Source: Thermoplasmata archaeon
Lineage (GTDB): Archaea; Thermoplasmatota; Thermoplasmata; GCA-020350865
Assembly: GCA_020348445.1 (NCBI GenBank)
Contig: CP070751.1
Coordinates: 3,546,165 to 3,591,649 of the forward strand
Direction of reading: 5' to 3'
Length of the DNA: 45,485 bases
Part shown: positions 7,252 through 16,652 of the stretch, piece after piece
Layout: every line of letters begins with the position of its first letter
Position numbering within the stretch: the first letter of the stretch is position 1
The notes under the pieces: model-generated
What the model saw: only the letters and a program-made list of their open reading frames with translations
Databases searched by the model: none
Told to the model about the DNA's origin: nothing
Program-made: the position numbers and the translations under genes

Positions 7252-9957
7252 ATGTTGAGGTTTATCGCCGATCTGGTGGAAAAAAGGCCAAAAGCCATCA
7301 TAATCGGCGTAATCATTATAACCATAATCACGGCCTATGTCCTGTACCCCATAAAGGGGATAAGCTTCACTGACGAGGAAGGAGAATTGAATCCAAAGGT
7401 GGATGGTGAACCAGCCATCTCCTTCAAGACTGATGTTGAAAAATTCCTGCCCGACAATCCCCTTGTAAAAGCACAGGAGCGGGTGGATGAATATTTTGGA
7501 GAGGAGTTCTACGCGCATGTGATATATTGTGAGGAAGACAACGAATGGGACAACGTCATAAAACCCAAGGTCATCAGGAGCATGTACAATGTGTCTGTGG
7601 CGGCAAGGAGCCTTCCCGGTGTCGACGGCTCTTTGAGCCTTGCGGACGCTATAAATGAAATCGTCAAGTGGCAGAGGGGGAATATTAGGGATCCTGAAAT
7701 TGACCTTTTAGATATGAATTATCAAAAAACAGATTATCTAATAAGCGATAAGGAGATTCAGGAGTATCTTGACATCATATTCGGGGTCCTAAACGGTTCT
7801 TTGAACATCACAGAATTTGCCGAGATCATCGGTGATCTGCCCATCAAGGAAGAAAACATAGTGGAGCTGGAGCTTGCATTGGGCCTCCTTTTTTCAGAGG
7901 ATTTCTCCATTGAGTCACAAAAGGCGAAATCCACCATCATCATCGTCCAGATGAATGGAACACTTTCCAGTGTAGAGGCAAAGGAACTGGCAGGTAAGAT
8001 CAGGGAAGTTATTGAGCAAAGGGAATACAACTACATTACGACCCAGCAGACCAGCCAGTATCTGATATCGTACGATATAGACTTGAACTCTGAGGACACC
8101 TTCACATTCCTTGCAGGCGGGATATTCGGCCTTATCATCCTGATTCTGGCTTTGAGCTTCAGAAAAATAAGCTATGTCCTGATACCGGTCATAACGCTGC
8201 TTATCGCAACCATCTGGACGATAGGAACCATGTATCTTTTAGGACTTTCTGTGACTGCAATGATGGTGGCCGTAATCCCCCTTCTAATCGGCCTGGGTGT
8301 GGATTATTCGGTGCATGTGCTAAGGCGGTATCAGGAGGAGCTGAGAAAGGGCAAAACAGTGAGTAAGGCAATAAGAAGCTCCATAATCAACGTCGGAGGA
8401 GCCATAGGCCTGGCAATGATAACAACTGTAATAGCCTTCTTATCCAATCTAACCTCGGCAGTTGTTCCGATTCGGGATTTCGGAATTAGCTGCGCAGCTG
8501 GTGTGTTCTACGCGTTCCTTCTTACAATGACGTTTCACTGTGCCATAAGATCCCTTCTAGATAAAAGGGCCATGACAAAATACATGAAGAACCCAACAGG
8601 AAAACACCCCCTGCTTATTGGCTCCTGGCATACTGAGAAGGACAAGAAGATGGGCCTTTATGACAGATTCTCTGATCTCATATCCAAGGCTGTAAGCAAA
8701 CATCCCGCAGTTATAGCCGGCCTGACCGTGTTTTTAACTGTGGGCTCGGTTATTGGCGCCATGAACGTTGAATCAGAGTTCACGATGCAGGAGTTTCTAC
8801 CCGAAGATTGGGATTCTGTGAAAACAAGCTACCTAATATTGGACAATTTCGAGATAGGAAGCTATGCTGTTTCGTATATATTGATAGAAGGGGACGACCT
8901 TGCCACTAAAGAAGCGCTAGCTGACATGAAATTGGTTGTTGAGCGTACCGAAGACGACAGGCATGTTGTCAGGATAAACACCTCAAAGGGCCCCAGGATC
9001 ATGACAGAGAGCATATTTGACATTAGCAAGATGATAGTTCAAAGAAATTCAACTGTCGGGCAAATATACAAGGTCACGGATGAGGGACTCCCCAACGAGA
9101 CAGCCACCAATTCTGACATAAGGGCCTTTTTTGATTACCTCTTGAGCAATGATGAGATATCAGATCCGCTATCTAACCAGACCTTTGGCCAAAGAGCAAG
9201 AAAGCTTATACACAGAAACCAGGAAGGCATGTACGACGCAGCCGTGATCAAGGTCTACATCTCTACCTTCACGTCCACAGATAACAGGGAGATGCACCAG
9301 GATTTAAAGGACAATGTCAAAGACCTTGACTTTGGAGTGGGCGCAAAGGTCACGGTAACTGGTCTTATGGTCCTAACAATCGAGACAGTTGATTCATTGC
9401 AGGCGAACATGATAAACTCCACCATCATAGCAGTAATTCTGGCTGCCATAATTCTGATCTTCCTCTATAGAAATGTACTTTTGGGAATTATGCCCCCCAT
9501 TCCTGTGGTTTTATGTTCACTGTGGATAGTCGGAACCATGTTCCTTTTATCTATTTCTCTGAATATCTTGACAGTGATGGTTACTGCCCTTACAATCGGA
9601 CTGGGCATAGATTATTCAATTCACGTCATGGAGCGTTTTAAAGAGGAGAGGGAAAAACAGCACAGAGGCATATATGAGTCGGTCCACATAACGATAATGA
9701 GCACAGGAACTGCGCTGACCATATCAGCTGTCACCACCATATTAGGTTTCGGTGTTTTGATATTCTCTCCCATGCCCATAGCCCAGCAGTTCGGAGTCAT
9801 CACGGCAATAACCATAATCTACAGCTTCCTTGCCGCTGTCTTGGTCCTACCAATAATCCTGATATTCTGGGCAAAGAGAAAAGAAAAAAAAGAAATAGCT
9901 GAGCTTCCGCAGTTTGCTTCCCTTGAAAAAATCGAGGTTAAAAAGGAAAAAAAATAG
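7252..9957 (+). CDS. RND-superfamily (MMPL/HAE3-type) transporter
   Basis: Two homologous halves, each one TM + large loop + five TMs, with motifs GLGVDYSVH and GLGIDYSIH; 901 aa. Confidence 0.9.
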   Translation: MLRFIADLVEKRPKAIIIGVIIITIITAYVLYPIKGISFTDEEGELNPKVDGEPAISFKTDVEKFLPDNPLVKAQERVDEYFGEEFYAHVIYCEEDNEWDNVIKPKVIRSMYNVSVAARSLPGVDGSLSLADAINEIVKWQRGNIRDPEIDLLDMNYQKTDYLISDKEIQEYLDIIFGVLNGSLNITEFAEIIGDLPIKEENIVELELALGLLFSEDFSIESQKAKSTIIIVQMNGTLSSVEAKELAGKIREVIEQREYNYITTQQTSQYLISYDIDLNSEDTFTFLAGGIFGLIILILALSFRKISYVLIPVITLLIATIWTIGTMYLLGLSVTAMMVAVIPLLIGLGVDYSVHVLRRYQEELRKGKTVSKAIRSSIINVGGAIGLAMITTVIAFLSNLTSAVVPIRDFGISCAAGVFYAFLLTMTFHCAIRSLLDKRAMTKYMKNPTGKHPLLIGSWHTEKDKKMGLYDRFSDLISKAVSKHPAVIAGLTVFLTVGSVIGAMNVESEFTMQEFLPEDWDSVKTSYLILDNFEIGSYAVSYILIEGDDLATKEALADMKLVVERTEDDRHVVRINTSKGPRIMTESIFDISKMIVQRNSTVGQIYKVTDEGLPNETATNSDIRAFFDYLLSNDEISDPLSNQTFGQRARKLIHRNQEGMYDAAVIKVYISTFTSTDNREMHQDLKDNVKDLDFGVGAKVTVTGLMVLTIETVDSLQANMINSTIIAVILAAIILIFLYRNVLLGIMPPIPVVLCSLWIVGTMFLLSISLNILTVMVTALTIGLGIDYSIHVMERFKEEREKQHRGIYESVHITIMSTGTALTISAVTTILGFGVLIFSPMPIAQQFGVITAITIIYSFLAAVLVLPIILIFWAKRKEKKEIAELPQFASLEKIEVKKEKK

Positions 9958-10057
9958 GAAAGAATGAGGGCGAATCCCCACTCAATCCTTAAATACCAGA
10001 ATGGCCATACTTATTTAAAAAGCATGTTTCTTTACAATATCTGTGAGGTGCACGTAC

Positions 10058-13000
10058 ATGAACAGAAATCCTAAATTTTCAGGATGGTTCGCATTATTGA
10101 TAGGCATAGGAATGTTGTTGTCCGGGCTTGGTACTTTACCACTCCTTATCGGTGATAACACCCAAGAGATTCCTTTATCTGGGAATAATGGGATAATTTA
10201 CGAGGAAATAAAACCGGCAACAGAGCCAAATTTACCCGAAAGAACCGGAACAAGGGCAGGCAGCCAGAGGATTGTTCTTGCCGAGCTTTTTACAAATTGG
10301 GGTTGTGGACCGTGCACCTATGCAAATCCCGCAATAAACGATCTATTGGATGTGTATAATCGATCTCAATTGATGATGATTGCATACCATACCTTGGGCC
10401 CGTCTTTTGACGATCCTTTTTATTGGCACAATTCTCCTGATAATAATGATCGAGTAGGTTACTATGGAATAAGCACCGTTCCTAGTATGTTCTTTGACGG
10501 TCCTCCCAATGTGCAACATGACTTTGGTAATACATACACATATTACAAGGGATATATCGATTCAGAATTGGCTGTTTCAAGCCCCCTCGAGATAACTGTG
10601 GATGGCTATCTTTACGGGACATCAGGTCAAGTGAATGTTTCGGTTTTATTTACTGATACGCTTCCTGGAAGTAACTTAAAAATTAGATATGGCATTGTGG
10701 AAGATAATAAATATGCTCATGGCCCAAATAATGAGGTTCGCCATAGATATGTAATGAGGGACATGCTCACCGATCCAGAACAACCCCTGCCTCCCCTCAG
10801 TATAGGCCAGACTTACTCAACTGCAAGGATTTTCGAGGTGAAACCCGAGTGGGATGAGGAGTGCCTTTCCATAGTCGTATTTGTCCAGAACGATGATGAT
10901 GGTGATGTTCTGCAGGCAGGCTATTATGACTTCCGTCCTCAGAAAATTCTGGTGGTGGATGATGACGCATCCGGCCATCCCGACGGACCTGAAGATTACT
11001 ATCATGAGCTTATGTGCGAGATGGGGGAATCCTTCGATGGTTGGGCTCTTAATGAAAAGGGCAGCCCCACATATTCAGACCTTTCACCCTACGAAGTCGT
11101 GATATGGCAGACATCAACAGAATTTACCTCAACTCTCACCTCCTCAGACCAAAGTGCGATTTCTGACTATCTCGATTATGGAACAGGCAGCCTGTTTTTA
11201 ATTGGTCAGGATATAGGCGCAGATATCGGCTCCACAGCCTTTTTTTCCGATTATCTCCATGCCGATTTCATCACAACCGATACCGGCGATGTGAGTGTAA
11301 AGGGAATAGAGGATGATCCCATAAGCGATCCTTTCTATGGCACTTCCATCCCAGTTAGATGGACTTCGCCCAGTGAGATCAATCCTATAGGCACTGCAAC
11401 CACTATTTTCAAATATACAGCTTCAAATAAGAACGCGGCAATTAGAGCAGGGCATGACTCTGATTCTCGGATAGTGTACTTTGCCTTCGTTTACTTCGAG
11501 GAAGATTCATCCACATCAAATAAAATGACTGTGATGGGAAAGGTGCTTTCTTGGATAAATATTGATGTGGATTACACTTTAATTAGAGACGCGCCCCAAG
11601 GAACAGGAAATGAGGTCACACAAAAGGTCGTCGAAGTGGGCACAAGTACCACATTATGGGTTGCCTGTTACAACAACAGATTGGGTTTTGTGGAGGATGG
11701 CGATTTCACAATATGGAGCGAGGACAGCGGCGGTTCATTGATTACCATCACCTCTCCAGGGAGCTCAACGCTCATTCAAGCTGGTATGGACGGGGGTATC
11801 GTTAATCTCACAGCCGATTATTTGGGACTTGTGATTTATGCTGACATCTGGGTTCCCACAGTGGATTTTATAAACATGACAAACACTCCCGGTGGTGTGG
11901 AGCTTACCACTGTATTGATGGGTGCAAATCAATATGTTACGGCCTATGCCTCTGGTTTTAATTCCACAACAGGATATGTGAAATTGATAGATGTGGACTG
12001 GGATGAATCAGCGGGATTGGGAGTTCTTTCCAATGATTCGGGTACATCCACAACATTCACCTCTGGTGTCACTGGAGGTTTAACAACAATAACAGGACAG
12101 AACCTCAGCCTAGTCAATTCATTTGAGGTGAACATCTCAACAGCAAAGGTGGATTACATTCAAATCAGGGACAGTCCCGATAATGGAGGCTCCATAGTAA
12201 CCAGCATAACCTTGGATGTGGGGGAGTCGGATAAGCTGTACGCTGCAGCCTTTAATTTAAGTGCCGGATACCTTGGGGATTATATTACCACCACCTGGTC
12301 TGAAAGCAGCACAGGAAGTGTGATTACTGTGTCGCCAGATGGAGGCTTTACAACGGTTACGGCTCAGTTGATAGGGGGAGTATCAACCATAACGGCGGAC
12401 AACGATGGTGCTCAGAACTTTACAACAGTTTCTGTAAATGCACCCACTACTGACTATATTTTGATCAGAGATGCACCATATGGAGGAGGTAAAAATCTTT
12501 GCGATATAGCAAATTACCCAAGTTATCCTGTGGGTCATACAACTGAATTCTATGGTGCAAAATATAATGTCACAGCAGACTACATTGGTGCCGTCCCGAC
12601 ATCCTCTACTTGGAGCAGTGGTAACTCGAATTTAGTGGGTTATACGACCCCAGGAAACTCATCAACTATTTCGTGCAGCTCCACATTGCACGGCACAACA
12701 ACCATAACATTAAATATGCCAGGACATTCAGCATCAACCCAGGTCATGGTGCTTGAACCAACTGTTGATTTTATTTTAATAAGAGATTCACCGGATGGAG
12801 GGGGCAACGCCGTTTCAAATCCAACCTATGATGTGGGAGATGAGGACACCTACTACGCCGCAAGCTACAACGATACAGCCTGGTATCTTGAAGATGTAAC
12901 TGTCATTTGGAATTGCACTGATTTTAATGTGTGCACCATCACACCCCAAAATGAATCGGTAAAGTTTCAAGCCATAGCGATAGGTAGTTGCAAAATCACA

Positions 13001-14473
13001 GCAAGATATAATGGAGTAACATACTCAACACCCATCATCACCGTTGATGATATCACCCCCCCAACAGCAGATTGCGGCTCAGACGATACCATCGGCGAAG
13101 ATACTGTATACACTTTCGATGCAACAGCCTCAAATGACAACTCAGAGATTATTTTGTTTGAATGGGATTTCGGCGATGGCAATAGTCTTTCTGGCACTGA
13201 GCAAACACCCACTAACATATATTATGTGCCAGGGATCTATACCGTGACTTTGGTTGTAACAGATACCGGGGGAAACACAGATTATGACAGTATAACCATA
13301 ACCGTGTTGGATGTGACCTACCCTGTGGCTGTTGTAAGCCTCCCAGAATATGCTGAGGAAAAAGCTCCATGCACCCTAGACGGAAGCAGTTCATATGATA
13401 ATGTGGACATAGTTAGCTATAAATGGGTATTGGGCGACGGGACACAATATTATGGGCTATATGATACAATCTCCCATATATTCCAGGAACCTGGGAATTA
13501 CACCGTGAATCTCACTGTAAAGGATTCATATGGCTATGAGCATACAACTTCGACCTACCTCCCTGTTTTGGATGTCACACCGCCTTCGCAACCCAAAGGC
13601 CTGCGAATAACACAGGTCGAAACGGGGGGAGTGTTGGTAATAAGTTGGGATGCAAATCTAGATATAGATTTTGATCATTACGAGCTCTTTTGCGCGAAGG
13701 GAAATGGATCCTTTGATAAGATAGCAGATATCGATGCAGGTATTACTGCCTTTACCCATGAGAATCTGGAAAATGGCCAGGTTTATACATATTATTTGAT
13801 TGCAGTTGATACTTCTCACAATCCTTCACCTCCATCGATTGAGGTGGAAGGCATCCCTGATTTAGATACTGACGGTGATGGTATTTTCAATCTAGAGGAT
13901 TATGATGATGACAACGATGGTCTCTCTGATAATGAGGAGGTTAGAAGGGGATTGGATCCATTGGATTCAGATTCAGATGATGACTCTCATGGGGATGGTG
14001 ATGATGCGTTTCCCAAGGATCCAAAGGAGTGGAAAGACTCTGATGGTGATGGCTACGGTGACGCTTTTGGGGATACATTCCCAAGAGATCCAGATGAATG
14101 GAAGGACTCAGACGGGGACGGTATAGGCGACAACAGCGATGATTTCCAAGATCTGGACAACACCATGGTCTGGATGATTATCATCATAGTAATCATCGTT
14201 GTATTGGTGGTCGTTCTCTTGGCTGTTCGGCAATTTACTAAAAAGGGAAGGGGGCCCCAACCTCCTGTTGCGGGACCTCAAAAATCCACTGCACCACCGA
14301 TAGCAAAACCCTTGGAATCCGATACATCTCCAAAAACAGAACCCACTAAACCTGCACCCCAGCCAAAAGCAGAACCTGCAAAACCAGGTGAACCTCCAAA
14401 AGCGAAACCTGATGCAGAGCCTGGCAAAACTCCCCCTAAATCCCGTCCTCCACCCCCGAGAAAGAAGAGGTAA
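10058..14473 (+). CDS. Large surface-anchored multidomain protein: Omp28/thioredoxin-like CxxC domain, five VD(Y/F)I.IRD.P-type Ig-like repeats, two PKD, FN3, thrombospondin type-3-like Ca-binding repeats, TM, Pro/Lys tail
   Basis: ELFTNWGCGPC...IAYH; PKD motifs FEWDFGDG and YKWVLGDG; FN3 ISWDAN...YYLIAVD; D.DGDG repeats at about 13860-14150; TM followed by RQFTKKGR. Start set at ATG 10058 behind GAGGTG. Confidence 0.8.
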   Translation: MNRNPKFSGWFALLIGIGMLLSGLGTLPLLIGDNTQEIPLSGNNGIIYEEIKPATEPNLPERTGTRAGSQRIVLAELFTNWGCGPCTYANPAINDLLDVYNRSQLMMIAYHTLGPSFDDPFYWHNSPDNNDRVGYYGISTVPSMFFDGPPNVQHDFGNTYTYYKGYIDSELAVSSPLEITVDGYLYGTSGQVNVSVLFTDTLPGSNLKIRYGIVEDNKYAHGPNNEVRHRYVMRDMLTDPEQPLPPLSIGQTYSTARIFEVKPEWDEECLSIVVFVQNDDDGDVLQAGYYDFRPQKILVVDDDASGHPDGPEDYYHELMCEMGESFDGWALNEKGSPTYSDLSPYEVVIWQTSTEFTSTLTSSDQSAISDYLDYGTGSLFLIGQDIGADIGSTAFFSDYLHADFITTDTGDVSVKGIEDDPISDPFYGTSIPVRWTSPSEINPIGTATTIFKYTASNKNAAIRAGHDSDSRIVYFAFVYFEEDSSTSNKMTVMGKVLSWINIDVDYTLIRDAPQGTGNEVTQKVVEVGTSTTLWVACYNNRLGFVEDGDFTIWSEDSGGSLITITSPGSSTLIQAGMDGGIVNLTADYLGLVIYADIWVPTVDFINMTNTPGGVELTTVLMGANQYVTAYASGFNSTTGYVKLIDVDWDESAGLGVLSNDSGTSTTFTSGVTGGLTTITGQNLSLVNSFEVNISTAKVDYIQIRDSPDNGGSIVTSITLDVGESDKLYAAAFNLSAGYLGDYITTTWSESSTGSVITVSPDGGFTTVTAQLIGGVSTITADNDGAQNFTTVSVNAPTTDYILIRDAPYGGGKNLCDIANYPSYPVGHTTEFYGAKYNVTADYIGAVPTSSTWSSGNSNLVGYTTPGNSSTISCSSTLHGTTTITLNMPGHSASTQVMVLEPTVDFILIRDSPDGGGNAVSNPTYDVGDEDTYYAASYNDTAWYLEDVTVIWNCTDFNVCTITPQNESVKFQAIAIGSCKITARYNGVTYSTPIITVDDITPPTADCGSDDTIGEDTVYTFDATASNDNSEIILFEWDFGDGNSLSGTEQTPTNIYYVPGIYTVTLVVTDTGGNTDYDSITITVLDVTYPVAVVSLPEYAEEKAPCTLDGSSSYDNVDIVSYKWVLGDGTQYYGLYDTISHIFQEPGNYTVNLTVKDSYGYEHTTSTYLPVLDVTPPSQPKGLRITQVETGGVLVISWDANLDIDFDHYELFCAKGNGSFDKIADIDAGITAFTHENLENGQVYTYYLIAVDTSHNPSPPSIEVEGIPDLDTDGDGIFNLEDYDDDNDGLSDNEEVRRGLDPLDSDSDDDSHGDGDDAFPKDPKEWKDSDGDGYGDAFGDTFPRDPDEWKDSDGDGIGDNSDDFQDLDNTMVWMIIIIVIIVVLVVVLLAVRQFTKKGRGPQPPVAGPQKSTAPPIAKPLESDTSPKTEPTKPAPQPKAEPAKPGEPPKAKPDAEPGKTPPKSRPPPPRKKR

Positions 14474-14501
14474 TTGTAGTTCTATTTCTCTACACCTAAA
14501 T

Positions 14502-15191
14502 CTATTTGTCGATTAACACCGCTTCAGTCACTATATACTGGCCACTTTGCCCATCCCATATATTTTCTGCATCAAGTATCTTTATCTGTTTTTTAAAAAA
14601 AGGTGCATCAAGAACCAAGGTTTCGAATTCTCCACCTTCACCAGCTGTGCAAACATAACAGGTGTTGTGCAAATCTGAGAGCTCTTTGATTATTTCATGA
14701 TCTATTTTCCTGCCTAACCATTCAGGGCCAAGCCCTCCTGCAGCAACAGCACTGATTACTATCTTGAACCCATATTCAACCATCTCTTTCAGCATATCCT
14801 TGGGTTTCATCTTCCAAAGGGGACTTAAACTTTGGATTCCTAAATCAGAGCATATAATATCTATTCTCTCCCTTTGGTAATTGGAATATATGGCCCCGCT
14901 CACAACCCCTTCAATATTATGACTTTCCATGGCCTCCCCAATAGCATTTTTCAGGTCCTTCAGTTCCTCTTCTTTTACACCCTTGGTGGTCTTATAGATG
15001 ATGGGGATTTCCATGGCCTCGGCCTGCAGTTTTGTGAGACTGATGTTTGGGACATGAAACATATAAGATTCAGGATTCTCGGAGCTGATGGTGATGAGGG
15101 TCTTTACATCATGTCCTTCTTGCTGAGCCTTAAACATCGCATATGCGGAATCCTTTCCACCTGAGAATAATGCTCCAATATTCATGCACAT
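14502..15191 (-). CDS. dph6: Diphthine--ammonia ligase (PP-loop ATPase, DUF71 family)
   Basis: N-terminal LFSGGKDS PP-loop, SYMFH, GAIYSNYQ..R, SPLW and GEGGEFETLV motifs. Confidence 0.9.
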   Translation of the reverse strand: MCMNIGALFSGGKDSAYAMFKAQQEGHDVKTLITISSENPESYMFHVPNISLTKLQAEAMEIPIIYKTTKGVKEEELKDLKNAIGEAMESHNIEGVVSGAIYSNYQRERIDIICSDLGIQSLSPLWKMKPKDMLKEMVEYGFKIVISAVAAGGLGPEWLGRKIDHEIIKELSDLHNTCYVCTAGEGGEFETLVLDAPFFKKQIKILDAENIWDGQSGQYIVTEAVLIDK

Positions 15192-15298
15192 CGAAATGGT
15201 TTTGAGATAATAAATATTTGGCTGAGCTGAACAATCAAAAAAATATACTCACAATTCCCAACACCGGAAATTTGTATTTCTTCTTTGTATAATCTTCA

Positions 15299-15490
15299 TT
15301 ATAGTTTTCCGAGCACTATCCTGTGCTCAAGCAGGTTTGCCTCTGTTATCCTTACTCCCTCAACTTCTTTTCTATCCCCCAGAAGATTGATGCAAATGAC
15401 CTTGTCATCGAAAACCTCTATTTTGACGACATTCTGCATAAATTCCGAGAAATCGTCTTCAGTATGGAGGAATACATTTGATTCACACAT
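15299..15490 (-). CDS. CooT-family small nickel-binding protein
   Basis: MCESNVFL start, about 63 aa, NLLGD..E and EHRIVL, typical of the CooT/PF10133 family. Confidence 0.75.
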   Translation of the reverse strand: MCESNVFLHTEDDFSEFMQNVVKIEVFDDKVICINLLGDRKEVEGVRITEANLLEHRIVLGKL

Positions 15491-15577
15491 GCAGTACCAC
15501 CAAAAAACGAAGTTTATGCCTCATATATAATCCTTTTGATTAAAATATCTTTAAAACGCAAAATCAATTGATCTGAA

Positions 15578-16423
15578 TTACAAAAGATGTGAACCGTCAC
15601 AACTGCCTGCAGTGTTCAGATTCAGTCCTTCCCTGCAGACTCCAAAGGTCATATCGTTCTCCAATACAAGTTCCCGTACCTGACTCAGCATCCTATGTCG
15701 CAGCTCTTTTGGAAGATATCGCGAGCCCTGGATTCTTTCCCCTTCCTCAAAATAAAGTCTTTTTGTCTTCTGTGCAATTTCAGGGAAGGTTCTCTCGAAT
15801 CTCTTCCATGAATCGGCCCTGGGTTTAAACGTAGAGGCTGTGATATGAAGGGCACCTGCTTTTTTCGCAGATATTACCACATCTTCAATGTCTTGGGAGA
15901 TTCCAGGTATGAGGGGATCAAATCTTATCCCTGCCGGTATGTTCTTCTTTCTCAGTTTCACCAGAGCTTCCAATCTCCTTTGTGGGGAGGGGGCATTTGG
16001 CTCCAACTTCGTGCTCGTTTTTCCAAGGGTAGTTATGGAGAACATTACAACTGAGGGCATCTCCCTCAGAATATCGATGTCTCTTACCACGATATCTGAT
16101 TTGGTTACGATGAGTGTGGGATGCTGCTTTTTTGAAAGAATCTTCAAAACTCCCCTTGTCTGCTTTAATTTCCTCTCAATTGGAGGGTAGGGATCAGAGC
16201 TGTTGGACATGGAAATTGGTTTTTTATCAATCTTTTTGAGGTCCTTGGTAACCCTCCCTAAAAGATCCTTTTTGGGTCTGCAATTAAAGGCTTTTGGAAT
16301 ATAGGATGTGATATAACAGTAGATACATTGATGGGAGCACCCTGTATATGGATTGAGGGAGTACTTGTTTCTGCACGTGCAGAGCGTACCTTCCCAGGGA
16401 TCAAAGGGTTTGATTAAGTCCAT
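15578..16423 (-). CDS. Radical SAM protein (SplB/COG1533-like)
   Basis: LNPYTGCSHQCIYC cluster motif, SNSSDPYPP, LEPNAPSP..RL. Start set to M22 of the ORF-track protein; ATG 16450 is an alternative. Confidence 0.85.
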   Translation of the reverse strand: MDLIKPFDPWEGTLCTCRNKYSLNPYTGCSHQCIYCYITSYIPKAFNCRPKKDLLGRVTKDLKKIDKKPISMSNSSDPYPPIERKLKQTRGVLKILSKKQHPTLIVTKSDIVVRDIDILREMPSVVMFSITTLGKTSTKLEPNAPSPQRRLEALVKLRKKNIPAGIRFDPLIPGISQDIEDVVISAKKAGALHITASTFKPRADSWKRFERTFPEIAQKTKRLYFEEGERIQGSRYLPKELRHRMLSQVRELVLENDMTFGVCREGLNLNTAGSCDGSHLL

Positions 16424-16554
16424 CAAAATCTTCAATGTGGTTTTGGACATAAATAGTTGTTCATGAAAATGTAATCCTAGTATCAATTGTTTATCTAAAA
16501 AAGTGGATTAAAAAGTATAATTAAAGGGAATAATTCCATTAATACAGATAATTA

Positions 16555-16570
16555 TTAACATATATGTTAA
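16555..16570. promoter_or_regulatory. Perfect 16-bp palindrome in a divergent promoter region
   Basis: TTAACATATATGTTAA is its own reverse complement and lies between the radical SAM and MscS-like starts. The context is AT-rich, so chance occurrence is possible. Confidence 0.35.
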
Positions 16571-16652
16571 CAACAATAATATCTTCATCCCAAAACTTAA
16601 TAATCTTTTAAGATAATCACCTATCTAATAGGGATTTGGGAGGTCGAGAATC

